DNA from: Candidatus Eiseniibacteriota bacterium | GTDB lineage: Bacteria; Eisenbacteria; RBG-16-71-46; SZUA-252 | Reading direction: 5' to 3' | DNA length: 64,000 bases | Assembly: GCA_036274595.1 (NCBI GenBank) | Contig: DASUFL010000087.1 | Location: 2,348 to 66,347, forward strand | Shown here: positions 55,028 through 64,000 of the stretch, piece by piece | How the letters are laid out: every line of letters starts with the position of its first letter | How positions within the stretch are numbered: the stretch's first letter is position 1 | The notes under the pieces: generated by a model | Told to the model about the DNA's origin: nothing | The model's database searches: none | The model's input: the letters and a program-made list of their open reading frames with translations, nothing else | Translations under genes and position numbers: made by a program

Positions 55028-56157
55028 CGGATCACGAGGACCGTGACGTCGTCCGCCGGAGGCTGCTCCGCAACGAACGCCCGCACGCTCGCGAGCACCT
55101 TCTCCAAGATCTCGTCCGGAGCGCGCCGCTTAGACCCGGCGAGCGCTTCGAGCAGGCGCTCCTCACCGTACTGCTCCCCCTCCGGATTCTCGGCATCCGT
55201 CACGCCGTCGCTGAAGAGGACCATCGTGTCTCCCTGCTGGAGCGCGATCGCTTCCTCTTCATAGCGCGCCGTATCGAACGCGCCGAGCACGAGCCCGCCG
55301 CGATCCGGCCTCTCGATCGTCCCGCTCGCCCGGAGGAGGACCGCCGGGTTGTGCCCCGCGCTGCAGGAGGTGAGCGTGCCGCCCGGATCGAGGACCACGT
55401 ACGCCATCGTGGCGAAGCGTCCTTCGATGGCGCGGCGGCAGAGCGCTTCATTGACCCGCTCCAGCGTGGCGGCCGGGCCGTCGTTCGCATGGGTGATGAG
55501 GATGCCCTGCACCATCGCGGCGAGGATCGCTGCGGGCGGCCCCTTGCCCGCGACGTCGCCGAGCGCGAATCCCATGCGTCCCGAGGTGAAGTCGAAGTAC
55601 TCGAAGAAGTCGCCGCCGATGGTGCGGCACGGTATCGACGCCCCGGCGGCCTCGTAGCTCGCGCCGCTACGCCTTCGCGGCGGGAGGAGCGCCCGCTGGA
55701 TCTCGGCCGCCATGCGGAGCTCCTGCGCCTCGCGGGCGGTCTTCTCGGCGCGCTCCACGAGGAGGGCCTTCCATCGGACGGCGTAGACGAGGGCCATGAA
55801 GAACGCCGTGAAGATGACGCTGAAGACCAGGAACATGATGACCTGCCGGGCCGTTCCAAACGATCCGGGAAGGACCGTCAGGTTGAGGATCGTGCCCGCG
55901 ATGACGCTTCCCAGGAGGGCCGCGAGCGCGAAGCTCGCGATCTCGAGCGGGTGTCCCGGAGCCCGATCGGGCGGGAGGATGCGGGGCACGACGAAGGCGC
56001 GGTTCAGCTCGACCATTCCCACGATGATGAAGGAGAAGAGGAGCGTCACCAGGTAGTACGCGGGGAGCTCGCGAAAGGAGCTCCCTTGCCAGAACGTGAA
56101 GAAGATGGCGAACGGGATCCCGAAGAGAAGGGGCCGGAGGAGGAGACGTCCGAGCAT
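55003..56157 (-). CDS. PP2C-family (SpoIIE/RsbU-like) serine phosphatase with N-terminal membrane sensor domain
   Basis: Start at ATG 56157 (MLGRLLLRPLLFG...). 5-6 TM helices, then a PP2C domain (GGDFFEYF, ALGDVAGKG, VLFSDGVTDAEN). Confidence 0.75.
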   Translation of the reverse strand: MLGRLLLRPLLFGIPFAIFFTFWQGSSFRELPAYYLVTLLFSFIIVGMVELNRAFVVPRILPPDRAPGHPLEIASFALAALLGSVIAGTILNLTVLPGSFGTARQVIMFLVFSVIFTAFFMALVYAVRWKALLVERAEKTAREAQELRMAAEIQRALLPPRRRSGASYEAAGASIPCRTIGGDFFEYFDFTSGRMGFALGDVAGKGPPAAILAAMVQGILITHANDGPAATLERVNEALCRRAIEGRFATMAYVVLDPGGTLTSCSAGHNPAVLLRASGTIERPDRGGLVLGAFDTARYEEEAIALQQGDTMVLFSDGVTDAENPEGEQYGEERLLEALAGSKRRAPDEILEKVLASVRAFVAEQPPADDVTVLVIRYGGAAPA

Positions 56158-56177
56158 CGCGCGCCTCCGAGACCGGC

Positions 56178-56642
56178 TCACAGCTCGAGCTCCATGAAGA
56201 GCGCGCCGGGCACCGGATTCGTCCTGTAGGGAGCGATGTCGCGGAATCCCGCTGCCCGGTAGAGCGCGATGGCGGCTTCCATCCCCGGAACGGTGTCGAG
56301 CCGCATCCGCCGGTATCCACGGGCGCGAGCCTCGTCGAGGATGCGTGCGACGAGGGACCCGCCCACGCGCTTCCCCCGCATCGCCGGGCGGACGTAGAGC
56401 CGCTTCATCTCGCAGGCATCCTCGTCGCCCCACGGGCGGAGCGCGACGCATCCGGCCGGCGTCGCGCCGTCTGTCGCAAGGAGGAGCGCGCCGCGCGGCG
56501 GAGCATAGTCCCCCGGCAGTGACGTCACCTCGCGCCCGAAATCCTGGAACGCGAGATCGAACCCGAGCGACGCCGCGTACTCGAGGAAGAGCACCCGCAC
56601 GGCCTCGACGTCCTCGGCCGTCTCCGCAGGGCGCACGTCCAT
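56178..56642 (-). CDS. GNAT family N-acetyltransferase
   Basis: Start at ATG 56642 (MDVRPAETAEDVEAV...). Motif A RGKRVGGSLVARILDEARARG. Confidence 0.65.
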   Translation of the reverse strand: MDVRPAETAEDVEAVRVLFLEYAASLGFDLAFQDFGREVTSLPGDYAPPRGALLLATDGATPAGCVALRPWGDEDACEMKRLYVRPAMRGKRVGGSLVARILDEARARGYRRMRLDTVPGMEAAIALYRAAGFRDIAPYRTNPVPGALFMELEL

Positions 56643-56649
56643 GGCGCGG

Positions 56650-56982
56650 TCACCCGCGAGCGCCGGCACGAAGCTCCTCGACCATCACCACGCGCGCGAC
56701 CTTGCCCACGCCTCTGTAGCGCGCGTCGTACTCCTCGCGCATCCGAAGCCCGTAGCCGTCCCGGTAGGCCGCGTAGTCCTCGAGCGAGTCGAGCCTGTAG
56801 AGCGTCACGTACTGAGGGCGAAAGCCCTCCAGATTCGTATCGGTCACACGGAGCTTCACGGCGCTCCGCATCTCGGGCGCCTTGAGCACGTTGGGAATGT
56901 GGACCCCGCTGTGCCACGCGTTCCACTCCGCGAGCACGTCTTCGGGCACCCAGGTGTAGACCGCGTAGATCACGCCGCTCAT
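56650..56982 (-). CDS. small DUF4286-like / Dabb-fold protein
   Basis: 110 aa (MSGVIYAVYTWVPEDVLAEWNAWHSGVHIPNVL...). ATGA overlap with the upstream SCP2 gene. Confidence 0.35.
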   Translation of the reverse strand: MSGVIYAVYTWVPEDVLAEWNAWHSGVHIPNVLKAPEMRSAVKLRVTDTNLEGFRPQYVTLYRLDSLEDYAAYRDGYGLRMREEYDARYRGVGKVARVVMVEELRAGARG

Positions 56983-57401
56983 CCCGGAAACTCCGTCGGC
57001 ACGGACGCCGTGCAGTGGATGAGCGAGCGGCTCGATCCCGCGTGCTTGAGGAGGGTGATCTTGTCTCCCTCGACCTTCATCTTGCCGGTCAGGATCGCGG
57101 TGGCGGCCAGGGTGCGCCGCTCGAGGACGTCGCGCCAGAGGCCAAACGGCGCGCGCAGCGTGAAGCCCGCCTCGGGATGAGAGGGTCCTGGAACGAACTC
57201 GGCCCCGTCGCATCGACCCGCCTGGAGGCGCACCAGGAGGTAGAGCGCGCTCCGGAGCGCGCCGTCCGCTTCGAACGCGAAGAGGAGGTTCCCGTTGAAG
57301 CCGACGCCCCACTTGGAGGCCGCGTTCCGGTACTCGCTCGATCCATTGATCTCGTCGCAGAGGGCCCGCGCGTACTCGGCGGTGCCGAAGCGGTGGGCCA
57401 T
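56979..57401 (-). CDS. SCP2 sterol-carrier-like domain protein
   Basis: 140 aa; sequence pattern of SCP-2 family lipid-binding proteins (…GVGFNGNLLFAFEADGALRSALYLLVRLQAG…ILTGKMKVEGD…). Confidence 0.6.
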   Translation of the reverse strand: MAHRFGTAEYARALCDEINGSSEYRNAASKWGVGFNGNLLFAFEADGALRSALYLLVRLQAGRCDGAEFVPGPSHPEAGFTLRAPFGLWRDVLERRTLAATAILTGKMKVEGDKITLLKHAGSSRSLIHCTASVPTEFPG

Positions 57402-57402
57402 C

Positions 57403-58815
57403 TCAGCCCTTCCGCGCCGGCGCGGCTGCTCCGCGCAGAGGCACGAATCCGGGGTTCAGGATCCCGTCCGGGTCATGGCGCCGCTTCGCCGCTTCGAAGA
57501 ACGCCCAGGTGTCGCCGTAGTGCGCCCGCCATGCCTCGTCGTCGAAGTCGACGTAGCCCGAGAGGTAGCGGTTCCCTCCCATCGCGACGACGAGGCGGCT
57601 CAAGTTCTCGAGCATCGGCTTGGCCTCCTCCCAGAAGTGCGCCGGGATCGCGGGAAGGATGCCGAACCCCATCAGATCCTCTCCTTGGGGACGGCGGAAG
57701 AGCTTCGATCGCGACGTGCTCCCTTTGGCGGGCCAGAGGAGCACGTGCCCGCCCACGAGGATGGCCGGCGGAAGATCGGGGAGCACGGCCTCGAGCACGT
57801 CGGGGGTCCGCTCCCACGGCAGCACGACCTCCATCCAGGGATGCACGTGCCCCCAGGTGCCGCCGCGCTTCCAGAGATCGAACACCGGTTCCAGCCGCTC
57901 GAAGAAGTCGAGGATGGGGAGATCGTCCGTGTAGAGGTGGTCGTAGGGATGGAGCCCGTCGAGGAGCGCGCGGTCGTCCGGAGGCGATCCCGTGTCGAAC
58001 TCCACGGTCGGATGGAACGGGAAGAACCAGCGGGCGAACACCTGCCGCCGTCCGTTCACCGGCTTCGTCCCCTGCGGGGACGGGGACGCCCAGCTCTCGA
58101 GATGATCCCAGCGTCCGGAGTCCATCGCGCTCTTCGTGTCTTCCATGAAGCGGTGCGCGTCGTCGTAGAGGAGGTAGTAGGTGCGGGTCATCGGGCGGAC
58201 GGCCCGGAGCTTCAAGCGCGCGCTCGTGATGACGCCCACCTGGCCCAGCCCCGCGATCACCGCATCGAAGAGATCCGAATCGCGATCGGGGCCGCACGTG
58301 CGGACGTCGCCCGCGCCGGTGACGACCGTGAGCTCCTCGACCTGATCGCCTTGCGTGCCGTAGCGGTGCGACGCGACGCCGACCCCGGCCGTGGAGAGGG
58401 TGCCGCCGACGGTGACGCTCAAGTTGTTCGTCAGGACCGGCGGTGCGAGGCGGTGCCGGAGCGTGGCGCGCGTCACATCGCGCCAGATCGCGCCTCCCTC
58501 GACCTCGACGCTCGACGCGCCTCTCGCGACAGGGCCGATCCGCCCCATGGAACGCATGTCGATGAGGATGCCGCCGTTCGAGATCGCGATCCGGCTCTGG
58601 CTGTGCGCGGCGCCGCGCACCGAGACCGGGATTCCTTCGCCGCGCGCGAAGGCGATCGCCGCGGCCACGTCCTCGGCGTGCGCGGGCTCGAGCACCGCGC
58701 CCGGCCGCGCCATGAAGATGTGGCCGAAGTTGGTGGTCCGCTCCGGCTCGACCTCGAAGGATTCGAGGACCCGGCCCTTCACGAGCGGCCGGAGTCCTTC
58801 CGCGATGGGACGCAC
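57403..58815 (-). CDS. FAD-linked oxidase (FAD_binding_4 family, cytokinin-dehydrogenase/vanillyl-alcohol-oxidase-like)
   Basis: FAD-binding PCMH domain (PAHAEDVAAAIAFARGEGIPVSVRGAAHSQ...GGTLSTAGVG...HRYG). Start assigned to the GTG overlapping the upstream TAG (TAGTG) at 58815; the ORF extends to 58917. Confidence 0.7.
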   Translation of the reverse strand: MRPIAEGLRPLVKGRVLESFEVEPERTTNFGHIFMARPGAVLEPAHAEDVAAAIAFARGEGIPVSVRGAAHSQSRIAISNGGILIDMRSMGRIGPVARGASSVEVEGGAIWRDVTRATLRHRLAPPVLTNNLSVTVGGTLSTAGVGVASHRYGTQGDQVEELTVVTGAGDVRTCGPDRDSDLFDAVIAGLGQVGVITSARLKLRAVRPMTRTYYLLYDDAHRFMEDTKSAMDSGRWDHLESWASPSPQGTKPVNGRRQVFARWFFPFHPTVEFDTGSPPDDRALLDGLHPYDHLYTDDLPILDFFERLEPVFDLWKRGGTWGHVHPWMEVVLPWERTPDVLEAVLPDLPPAILVGGHVLLWPAKGSTSRSKLFRRPQGEDLMGFGILPAIPAHFWEEAKPMLENLSRLVVAMGGNRYLSGYVDFDDEAWRAHYGDTWAFFEAAKRRHDPDGILNPGFVPLRGAAAPARKG

Positions 58816-59393
58816 TAGGCCTTGGCCGGTACCTGGGCCGCGCGATACAGATGCCGGAGCAGCAGGACCTGCCCGTAGTGCCCCGCGAAGTGCTCGAGGA
58901 GGTGGTAGTAGTACCACCGCACGTTGATGAGCCGGCGGGTGCCGTCCGCGCGCGTGCGCGGTATCTCGCGCTCGAGCTCCGAGTCGGGCGCCTCCTTGGC
59001 GGCTTCCTTCACGTACGCGCGGCCGCGCGCGAGCAGATCGTCGAAGAACGCGATGTCCTTCCCCGCGAGGGTCGCGGGGGGCAGCCCCTCCTCGGGAATG
59101 GGCATCCCGTCGTCGTCGGCGCCAATGCCGAGCACGGGCTCGCTCCGGAAGTGCTCCTCATGCTTCATGACGATCGCGGTCCAGAACACCTCCACGATCG
59201 CCATGTGCGCGAGCAGCATTCCGATCGTGTTCGTTCCGGGGCGCGGCTGCCACTCGAGCTCCTCGGGTGTCATGTCTCGCGTGACATCGGTGAGGCGCTT
59301 CGTCTGGTCGTCCATCTGCGCGAGGAACGACGCGATCTCCCGGGAGGCGTAGCCGGGAGCGGGCTCGAGGATGGAACGGATCACGGTCGACAT
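58815..59393 (-). CDS. DinB_2 family protein
   Basis: Start at ATG 59393 (MSTVIRSILEP...). His spacing typical of DinB/YfiT-like metal-dependent enzymes (LLAHMAIVEVFW ... YYHLLEHFAGHYGQ). Confidence 0.6.
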   Translation of the reverse strand: MSTVIRSILEPAPGYASREIASFLAQMDDQTKRLTDVTRDMTPEELEWQPRPGTNTIGMLLAHMAIVEVFWTAIVMKHEEHFRSEPVLGIGADDDGMPIPEEGLPPATLAGKDIAFFDDLLARGRAYVKEAAKEAPDSELEREIPRTRADGTRRLINVRWYYYHLLEHFAGHYGQVLLLRHLYRAAQVPAKA

Positions 59394-59560
59394 GGTGATG
59401 CCTCCGGAGCGGAATCGGGTCGATGGTCGTCGGGACTGGCAAAGCATAGCAGTCCCGAGCCGCCAGGGCACGCGCGCGACGCCGCCGCCCGGAATCGTTG
59501 CCGCGGAGCGGGTTACAAAACGGTGGGACGCCTCACATCGAACGAGTATCATCGCCCGCC

Positions 59561-61441
59561 ATGTCCTTCGAGCCGCTTCCCGTCGAGCGCCTCTACCTCG
59601 CGCATGAGCTGAGCGAAGCGACCTTCGGCGATACGTCCGACGAGGTTTTCTACGCGCGGCGCGCCGACGGGAAGCGGAGCATCGTGCGCCAGCGCCTTGG
59701 AAGCGGCCTCGCCGAGATCGTCACCGCCGAGCCGCGCCCCATGGGAGGCGTCGGCTATGGCGGCGGCGTCTTCACGGTCCGCGGCACGACGCTCGTCTAC
59801 GCGGGGAGCGATGGGCGCCTCCACGCGGTGGACCTCGCCTCGGGCGCCCAGAGACCCCTGACCCCGACGTTCGAGGGAGTGGCCGCGCCGGCCATCTCGC
59901 CGTGCGGACGAGCGGTCGCGTTTCTCGCCGAACAGGACGGGCACTGCAACGTGATGCTCGCCGACCTGAAGGGCAAGACGGGCGCGATCCGGCTCACCGA
60001 CGATCCCTGGTATGCATTCAATCCCGCGTTCTCCCCCGACGGCGCGCGGATCGCGTGGCAGGAGTGGGACCGACTCGACATGCCGTGGGATCAGTCCCGG
60101 ATCGTGATCGCGAAGCTCGCGAAGCCGATCCCCGCCTGCTCGACCCTCTTCGAGGCGGCGCCGGCCACGGTCATCTCGACCATCGCCAAGGAGAACGCGA
60201 GCTTCGCCGCCCCTCAGTGGAGTCCCGACGGAAGGCGCTTCACCTACCAGAGCGACGTCTCGGGCTGGCGATCCCTGTGGATCGGCGACGCCGACGGCGC
60301 GAACGCTTCGCGTGTGGACGCGGGCGAGGGGGAGATCGGCCTCGCGGACTGGCTGCCGGCGCGCTCCGGCTATCGGTGGAGCGACGACGGCACGGCGATC
60401 TACGCGGTGCGAAGCCGTCAGAGCCGGGACACGCTGCTTCGGATCGATCCATCGTCGCGGGCGGTCGAGGAGATCCCGTCGGCGTACACGGACATCCAGG
60501 GACTCCAGATTCGCGGGCACTCGCTCGTGTACACCGCGACGAACCCATCGACGCCCCAGGCTCTCGTGACCCGGCTCGCTCAGGGCGCCCGTCCCGGCGA
60601 CGAGGCCGCGCGGGCTTCGAGCGCGGTCGGCCTCGTCGATCCCGAGTCGATCTCGAAGCCCGAAGTGATCTCCTGGAAGACGGCCGGGGGGGCGTTGGCG
60701 TGGGGCATCTACTACCCACCCGTGGGTCCCGACGCCGCGCTCGGTCCGCGCCCTTTGATCGTCTTGATGCACGGCGGTCCCACGTCGCAGGTCCCCTTCT
60801 CGTGGCAGGCGCAGGCGCAGTACTACGCCACGCGGGGCTGGCACTACCTCATCGTGAACCATCGCGGCGGCACGGGCTACGGACGCGCGTACCAGGACCA
60901 GCTCCGGGATTCCTGGGGCGTGGTGGATCGCGAGGATGCGCAAAGCGGCGCGGAGCACGTGCTGAAGACGCGCGGCGCCGATCGGGGCCGCGTCGTGATC
61001 ACCGGCGGAAGCGCGGGCGGGTACGCCACGCTCTGGGCGCTCACGCAGGAGCCCGATTTCTGGACGGCGGGCATCGCGCTCTTCCCGCTCGCGCACATCT
61101 ACGACGCCGTGGTCGGCGCGCACCGCTTCGAGCGGCACTACGAGGAGTCGCTCTTCGGACGCCTCCCCAAGGCCGGCGCCGTCTGGATGGAGCGCTCCCC
61201 CATCACCCACGTGGACCGCGTGAAAGCACCCTTGCTCCTCTTTCACGGCACCGCCGACAAGGCGGTCCCCTACCAGCAGTCGGTCGATTTCGCGGACGCG
61301 CTCAAGCGCCGCGGCGGCTCGGTGGAGCTGGTCAGCTACGAGGGAGAGGGGCACGGATTCGCCAAGGAGGCGAACCGGCGCGACATGATGGAGCGGATGG
61401 ATCGCTTCCTCGAGAAGTACGTCATCTGCCTGCAGCGCTGA
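59561..61441 (+). CDS. S9 family serine peptidase (acylaminoacyl-peptidase/POP-like) with beta-propeller
   Basis: Start at ATG 59561 (MSFEPLPV...). Propeller repeats. C-terminal hydrolase with GGSAGGYAT nucleophile, and Asp/His (FHGTADKAVP ... GEGHGF). Confidence 0.8.
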   Translation: MSFEPLPVERLYLAHELSEATFGDTSDEVFYARRADGKRSIVRQRLGSGLAEIVTAEPRPMGGVGYGGGVFTVRGTTLVYAGSDGRLHAVDLASGAQRPLTPTFEGVAAPAISPCGRAVAFLAEQDGHCNVMLADLKGKTGAIRLTDDPWYAFNPAFSPDGARIAWQEWDRLDMPWDQSRIVIAKLAKPIPACSTLFEAAPATVISTIAKENASFAAPQWSPDGRRFTYQSDVSGWRSLWIGDADGANASRVDAGEGEIGLADWLPARSGYRWSDDGTAIYAVRSRQSRDTLLRIDPSSRAVEEIPSAYTDIQGLQIRGHSLVYTATNPSTPQALVTRLAQGARPGDEAARASSAVGLVDPESISKPEVISWKTAGGALAWGIYYPPVGPDAALGPRPLIVLMHGGPTSQVPFSWQAQAQYYATRGWHYLIVNHRGGTGYGRAYQDQLRDSWGVVDREDAQSGAEHVLKTRGADRGRVVITGGSAGGYATLWALTQEPDFWTAGIALFPLAHIYDAVVGAHRFERHYEESLFGRLPKAGAVWMERSPITHVDRVKAPLLLFHGTADKAVPYQQSVDFADALKRRGGSVELVSYEGEGHGFAKEANRRDMMERMDRFLEKYVICLQR

Positions 61442-61442
61442 G

Positions 61443-62600
61443 CTAGAGAAGCTCCCGCCGCTCCACCGTCCCGCCCGCGAAGCGCCCCGGATCGAGCGCC
61501 GACGTGTCCATCGAGGACGCGCGCCCGTTCGACAGGATCTCCGCCGCGAGGAGGCCGAGCGCCGGCGCGTGCATGACGCCGTGCCCCGAGGAGCCGTTCG
61601 CGAGGAACAGGTTGGCGCATCCCGGCGCCGCGCCGAGCAGCGCGTGTCCGTCGGGGGACATTTCGTAAAGTCCGGCCCACGCCGTGCCGCGCTCGAAATC
61701 CGCGTCGCGGAGAACGGGGATCCGCTCCCGAGCGGTGCGGGCCACGCTCGCAACCCACGCGGGATCGACGCGCGTGCTGGTCGGATCCTCGGGATCGCCG
61801 GGCGTCGGCATGAGCGCGAGCACACGTCCGTCGCGGACGCGCGCGTGGAAGCCGTCGTCGACCCAGATGGTCATCGGCATGGTTTCGGGAAGGCCCGCGA
61901 ATGGCGCGCTCGCCAGGGCCTGCCGCCGTAGCGGCGCGACCGGAACGGCGATATCCGCGAGCGCGGCCACCGGTGCGGCCCACGCGCCGGCCGCGTTCAC
62001 GACCGCTTCCACGAGAATCCAATCGGCGCCGACCCGCACCGCCTCGATCCCACCTGGGCCGCGCCGTAGGCCCGTGACCTCGGCGTTCCACCGAACGGTG
62101 ACTCCGAGCCGGTCGGCCGCGCGCAAATAGCCTTCGAGGATCGCGAGGGGGCGCAGGAATCCATCGCTTCCCGCGAAGGTTCCACCGAGGACTCCATCCG
62201 GATTCAGGGCCGGGTTCAGCGCCGCGGCCTCGCGCGCGCCGACCTCGCGCGCGTCCAGGAATCCATTCCGTCTCTGGACGGCGAGCGCCGCCCGGAGCGC
62301 CTCGAGATCCTGCGCGCGCCGAGCGAGCCAGAGGTAGCCGGCCGCGACGAGGCCAGGATCGACGCCCGTTTCCTGCTGGAATGCGGAGAGCCGCTCCCGC
62401 GCAAGGAGCGAGAGGCGCACGTTCACGTCGGAGGCGAACTGCGCGCGAAAGCCACCGGTCGCCGCGCCCGTGCTCCCCATGCCGAAGCGTTCCGCGCGAT
62501 CCAGGAGGAGCACCTCGCGCCATCCGCCGCGCGCCAGGTGGTACGCCACGCTCGCGCCGACCACGCCGGCGCCGATCACGGCGACGGACGCGCGCGTCAT
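61443..62600 (-). CDS. FAD-dependent oxidoreductase, DAO family (D-amino-acid/sarcosine-oxidase-like)
   Basis: 385 aa. N-terminal GXGXXG (VAVIGAGVVGASVA) and DAO-type fold. ATGA overlap with the VOC gene. Confidence 0.75.
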   Translation of the reverse strand: MTRASVAVIGAGVVGASVAYHLARGGWREVLLLDRAERFGMGSTGAATGGFRAQFASDVNVRLSLLARERLSAFQQETGVDPGLVAAGYLWLARRAQDLEALRAALAVQRRNGFLDAREVGAREAAALNPALNPDGVLGGTFAGSDGFLRPLAILEGYLRAADRLGVTVRWNAEVTGLRRGPGGIEAVRVGADWILVEAVVNAAGAWAAPVAALADIAVPVAPLRRQALASAPFAGLPETMPMTIWVDDGFHARVRDGRVLALMPTPGDPEDPTSTRVDPAWVASVARTARERIPVLRDADFERGTAWAGLYEMSPDGHALLGAAPGCANLFLANGSSGHGVMHAPALGLLAAEILSNGRASSMDTSALDPGRFAGGTVERRELL

Positions 62601-63034
62601 GCCGTGAAGACGTGCTCCGGATGCCGGAACGCCTTGAACTCGAGCGCGTTTCCGCTTGGATCGAGGAGGAACATCGTGGCCTGCTCGCCCGGCTGCCCCG
62701 CATAGCGGATCCGGGGCTCCACGACAAACGCGAATCCCGAGGCACGGATCCGCTCCGCGAGGGCATGGAACTCATCCCACCCGAGGATGGCCCCGAAGTG
62801 GGGCATCGGCACCTGGATGTTCTCGACCTTTCCCGTCGGCGCCGTGGCCGCGACGGGGCCGGTCGTGTGGGCGGAGATCTGGTTGCCGAAGAAGTCGAAG
62901 TCGACCCACGTCCCGGTGCTCCGCCCTTCCCGGCAGCCGAGCACGTCGCCATAGAAGCGGCGCGTCGACGCGAGATCGAGCACGTGGAATGCGAAGTGGA
63001 ACGGCCGGAGGGCCGTCGTCGCGGCCCGGCTCAC
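62597..63034 (-). CDS. VOC/glyoxalase-bleomycin-resistance family protein
   Basis: 145 aa from GTG 63034 (VSRAATTALRPFHFAFHV...). Two beta-alpha-beta-beta-beta modules. GTGA overlap with the upstream cytochrome c stop. Confidence 0.6.
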   Translation of the reverse strand: MSRAATTALRPFHFAFHVLDLASTRRFYGDVLGCREGRSTGTWVDFDFFGNQISAHTTGPVAATAPTGKVENIQVPMPHFGAILGWDEFHALAERIRASGFAFVVEPRIRYAGQPGEQATMFLLDPSGNALEFKAFRHPEHVFTA

Positions 63035-63591
63035 TGCGGCTGCGCTCTCGGCGCGTCCCACGCGCCGGGCGCCGGGAGCTCGATCACCGGTCCATGCGCC
63101 ATCCCGTTGGGCGGCAGGGCGGCCGGGACCTTGTGCGCGACGGGGGGCAGGCTCTTCAGGTACGCGATGAGGGAGCTCATGTCGTCCGGCGTGAGCCGCG
63201 CGGTGTTGGGCCACGGCATGGGCGGGAGGATCGGGCTTCCGTCCTTCTTCACTCCGGAGCGGAGCGCGCGCTCGATCTCCACGTTGGTCCAGGTGCCGAG
63301 CCCCGTCTCGAGGTCGGGCGTCAGATTGCTCGAGTACGACACGCCCCACGGTCCGCGCCAGCCGAGATCGCTCCCCGAGAGCTGCCGCTTGAAGTCGGGC
63401 GCGCCATAGAAGGTGCCCGGAGTGTGGCAGTCGTTGCAGCCCGCGGTCGTCGCGATGTACTCCCCGCGCTGGAGCGGAGTCATCGCGGCCGGCTTCGCCT
63501 CCTCGGTCTGCTTCGGGGCCGGAGTGTTGCAGGAGACGGCCGTGACGAGGGTGAGCGCGAGGCAGCCGAGCAAAAGCGGACGGCAGGTCAT
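63031..63591 (-). CDS. c-type cytochrome lipoprotein (single CxxCH)
   Basis: Start at ATG 63591 (MTCRPLLLGCLALTLVTAVSC, lipobox). Heme-binding motif CNDCH. Confidence 0.7.
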   Translation of the reverse strand: MTCRPLLLGCLALTLVTAVSCNTPAPKQTEEAKPAAMTPLQRGEYIATTAGCNDCHTPGTFYGAPDFKRQLSGSDLGWRGPWGVSYSSNLTPDLETGLGTWTNVEIERALRSGVKKDGSPILPPMPWPNTARLTPDDMSSLIAYLKSLPPVAHKVPAALPPNGMAHGPVIELPAPGAWDAPRAQPQ

Positions 63592-64000
63592 CGATGTCCT
63601 CCTGGAATGGAGTGCGTGCCCGAGCCGGGCGCGATGCGAACCGGAACGTCGAGTGCGACCCAAAGGACGAGAGCGAGCACGACCGCCACGGCCACGCCTC
63701 GGATCAGCGCGTCGCCGCGGCGAATGGCGAGGTGCGCGCCACAATATCCCCCGAGGAGCTGGGCCCCCGCCATCGGAATCGCAAGGCCCCAGAGGATCAT
63801 GCCGCCCCGCGCGAAGAAGAGGAGCGCGGCCACGTTCGAGGCGAAGTTGAGCACCTTGGCGTTCGCCGTCGCGCGCGTGAGGGGCAGATGGAGGAGCGCC
63901 GCGTAGCCGGCGATGATGAACGTTCCCGCGCCCGGTCCGAAGAAGCCGTCGTAGAGGCCGATCGCGAGCGCGAACGCGGCCACGAGGAATCCGAGCTTCG
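63588..64000 (-). CDS. TSUP (TauE/SafE) family membrane transporter, C-terminal part (5' end beyond window)
   Basis: TM-rich segment with the TSUP pattern (GFFGPGAGTFIIAGY ... GAQLLGGYCGAHLA). ATGA overlap with the downstream cytochrome c gene. Confidence 0.6.
   Translation of the reverse strand, partial: KLGFLVAAFALAIGLYDGFFGPGAGTFIIAGYAALLHLPLTRATANAKVLNFASNVAALLFFARGGMILWGLAIPMAGAQLLGGYCGAHLAIRRGDALIRGVAVAVVLALVLWVALDVPVRIAPGSGTHSIPGGHR

Noticed and set aside
1-64000. CRISPR arrays, rRNA, integrase/transposase or phage genes
   Set aside because: None observed. The only non-genic repeats are the three palindromic elements and the intragenic repeats reported above.

Overview
High-GC (about 68-70%) bacterial chromosomal segment with dense coding on both strands and many 4-nt ATGA/GTGA start-stop overlaps, which suggests translationally coupled operons. 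No rRNA or CRISPR array was seen, and no convincing tRNA. Gene content: sdhA (3' part) and sdhB; a leucine/isovalerate catabolic operon (liu: MCC beta, methylglutaconyl-CoA hydratase, MCC alpha split into BC and BCCP ORFs, HMG-CoA lyase); ettA; malic enzyme; polyphosphate kinase 2; a CPA-type cation/H+ antiporter; an SPFH protein; two M16 peptidases; two S9 peptidases; an M50-CBS protease; signalling proteins (Ser/Thr kinase-TPR, GAF histidine kinase, PP2C phosphatase, ECF sigma/anti-sigma flanked by two DUF4097 proteins); and many small conserved-unknown genes (DinB_2, GNAT, SCP2, VOC, DUF4126, DUF2905, AIM24). Two secreted proteins end in a T9SS-type C-terminal sorting domain (TIGR04183-like): a protein with two tandem, near-identical M43 metalloprotease domains, and an FG-GAP repeat protein. 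Together with a DUF5916/CBM9-like outer-membrane protein, this points by inference to the FCB group / Gemmatimonadota-like lineages. Most notable unexplained signals: (1) a family of three ~120-bp intergenic palindromic elements with 24-bp terminal inverted repeats whose arm differences are compensatory within each copy; (2) a tightly linked eRF1/Pelota-like (baeRF-type) protein plus a CDGSH iron-sulfur protein; (3) a recent intragenic tandem duplication of an M43 catalytic domain; (4) an orphan BoxB-like diiron oxygenase; (5) several coupled small-gene operons of unknown function. All calls come from reading the six-frame translations and the DNA; no database search was possible.
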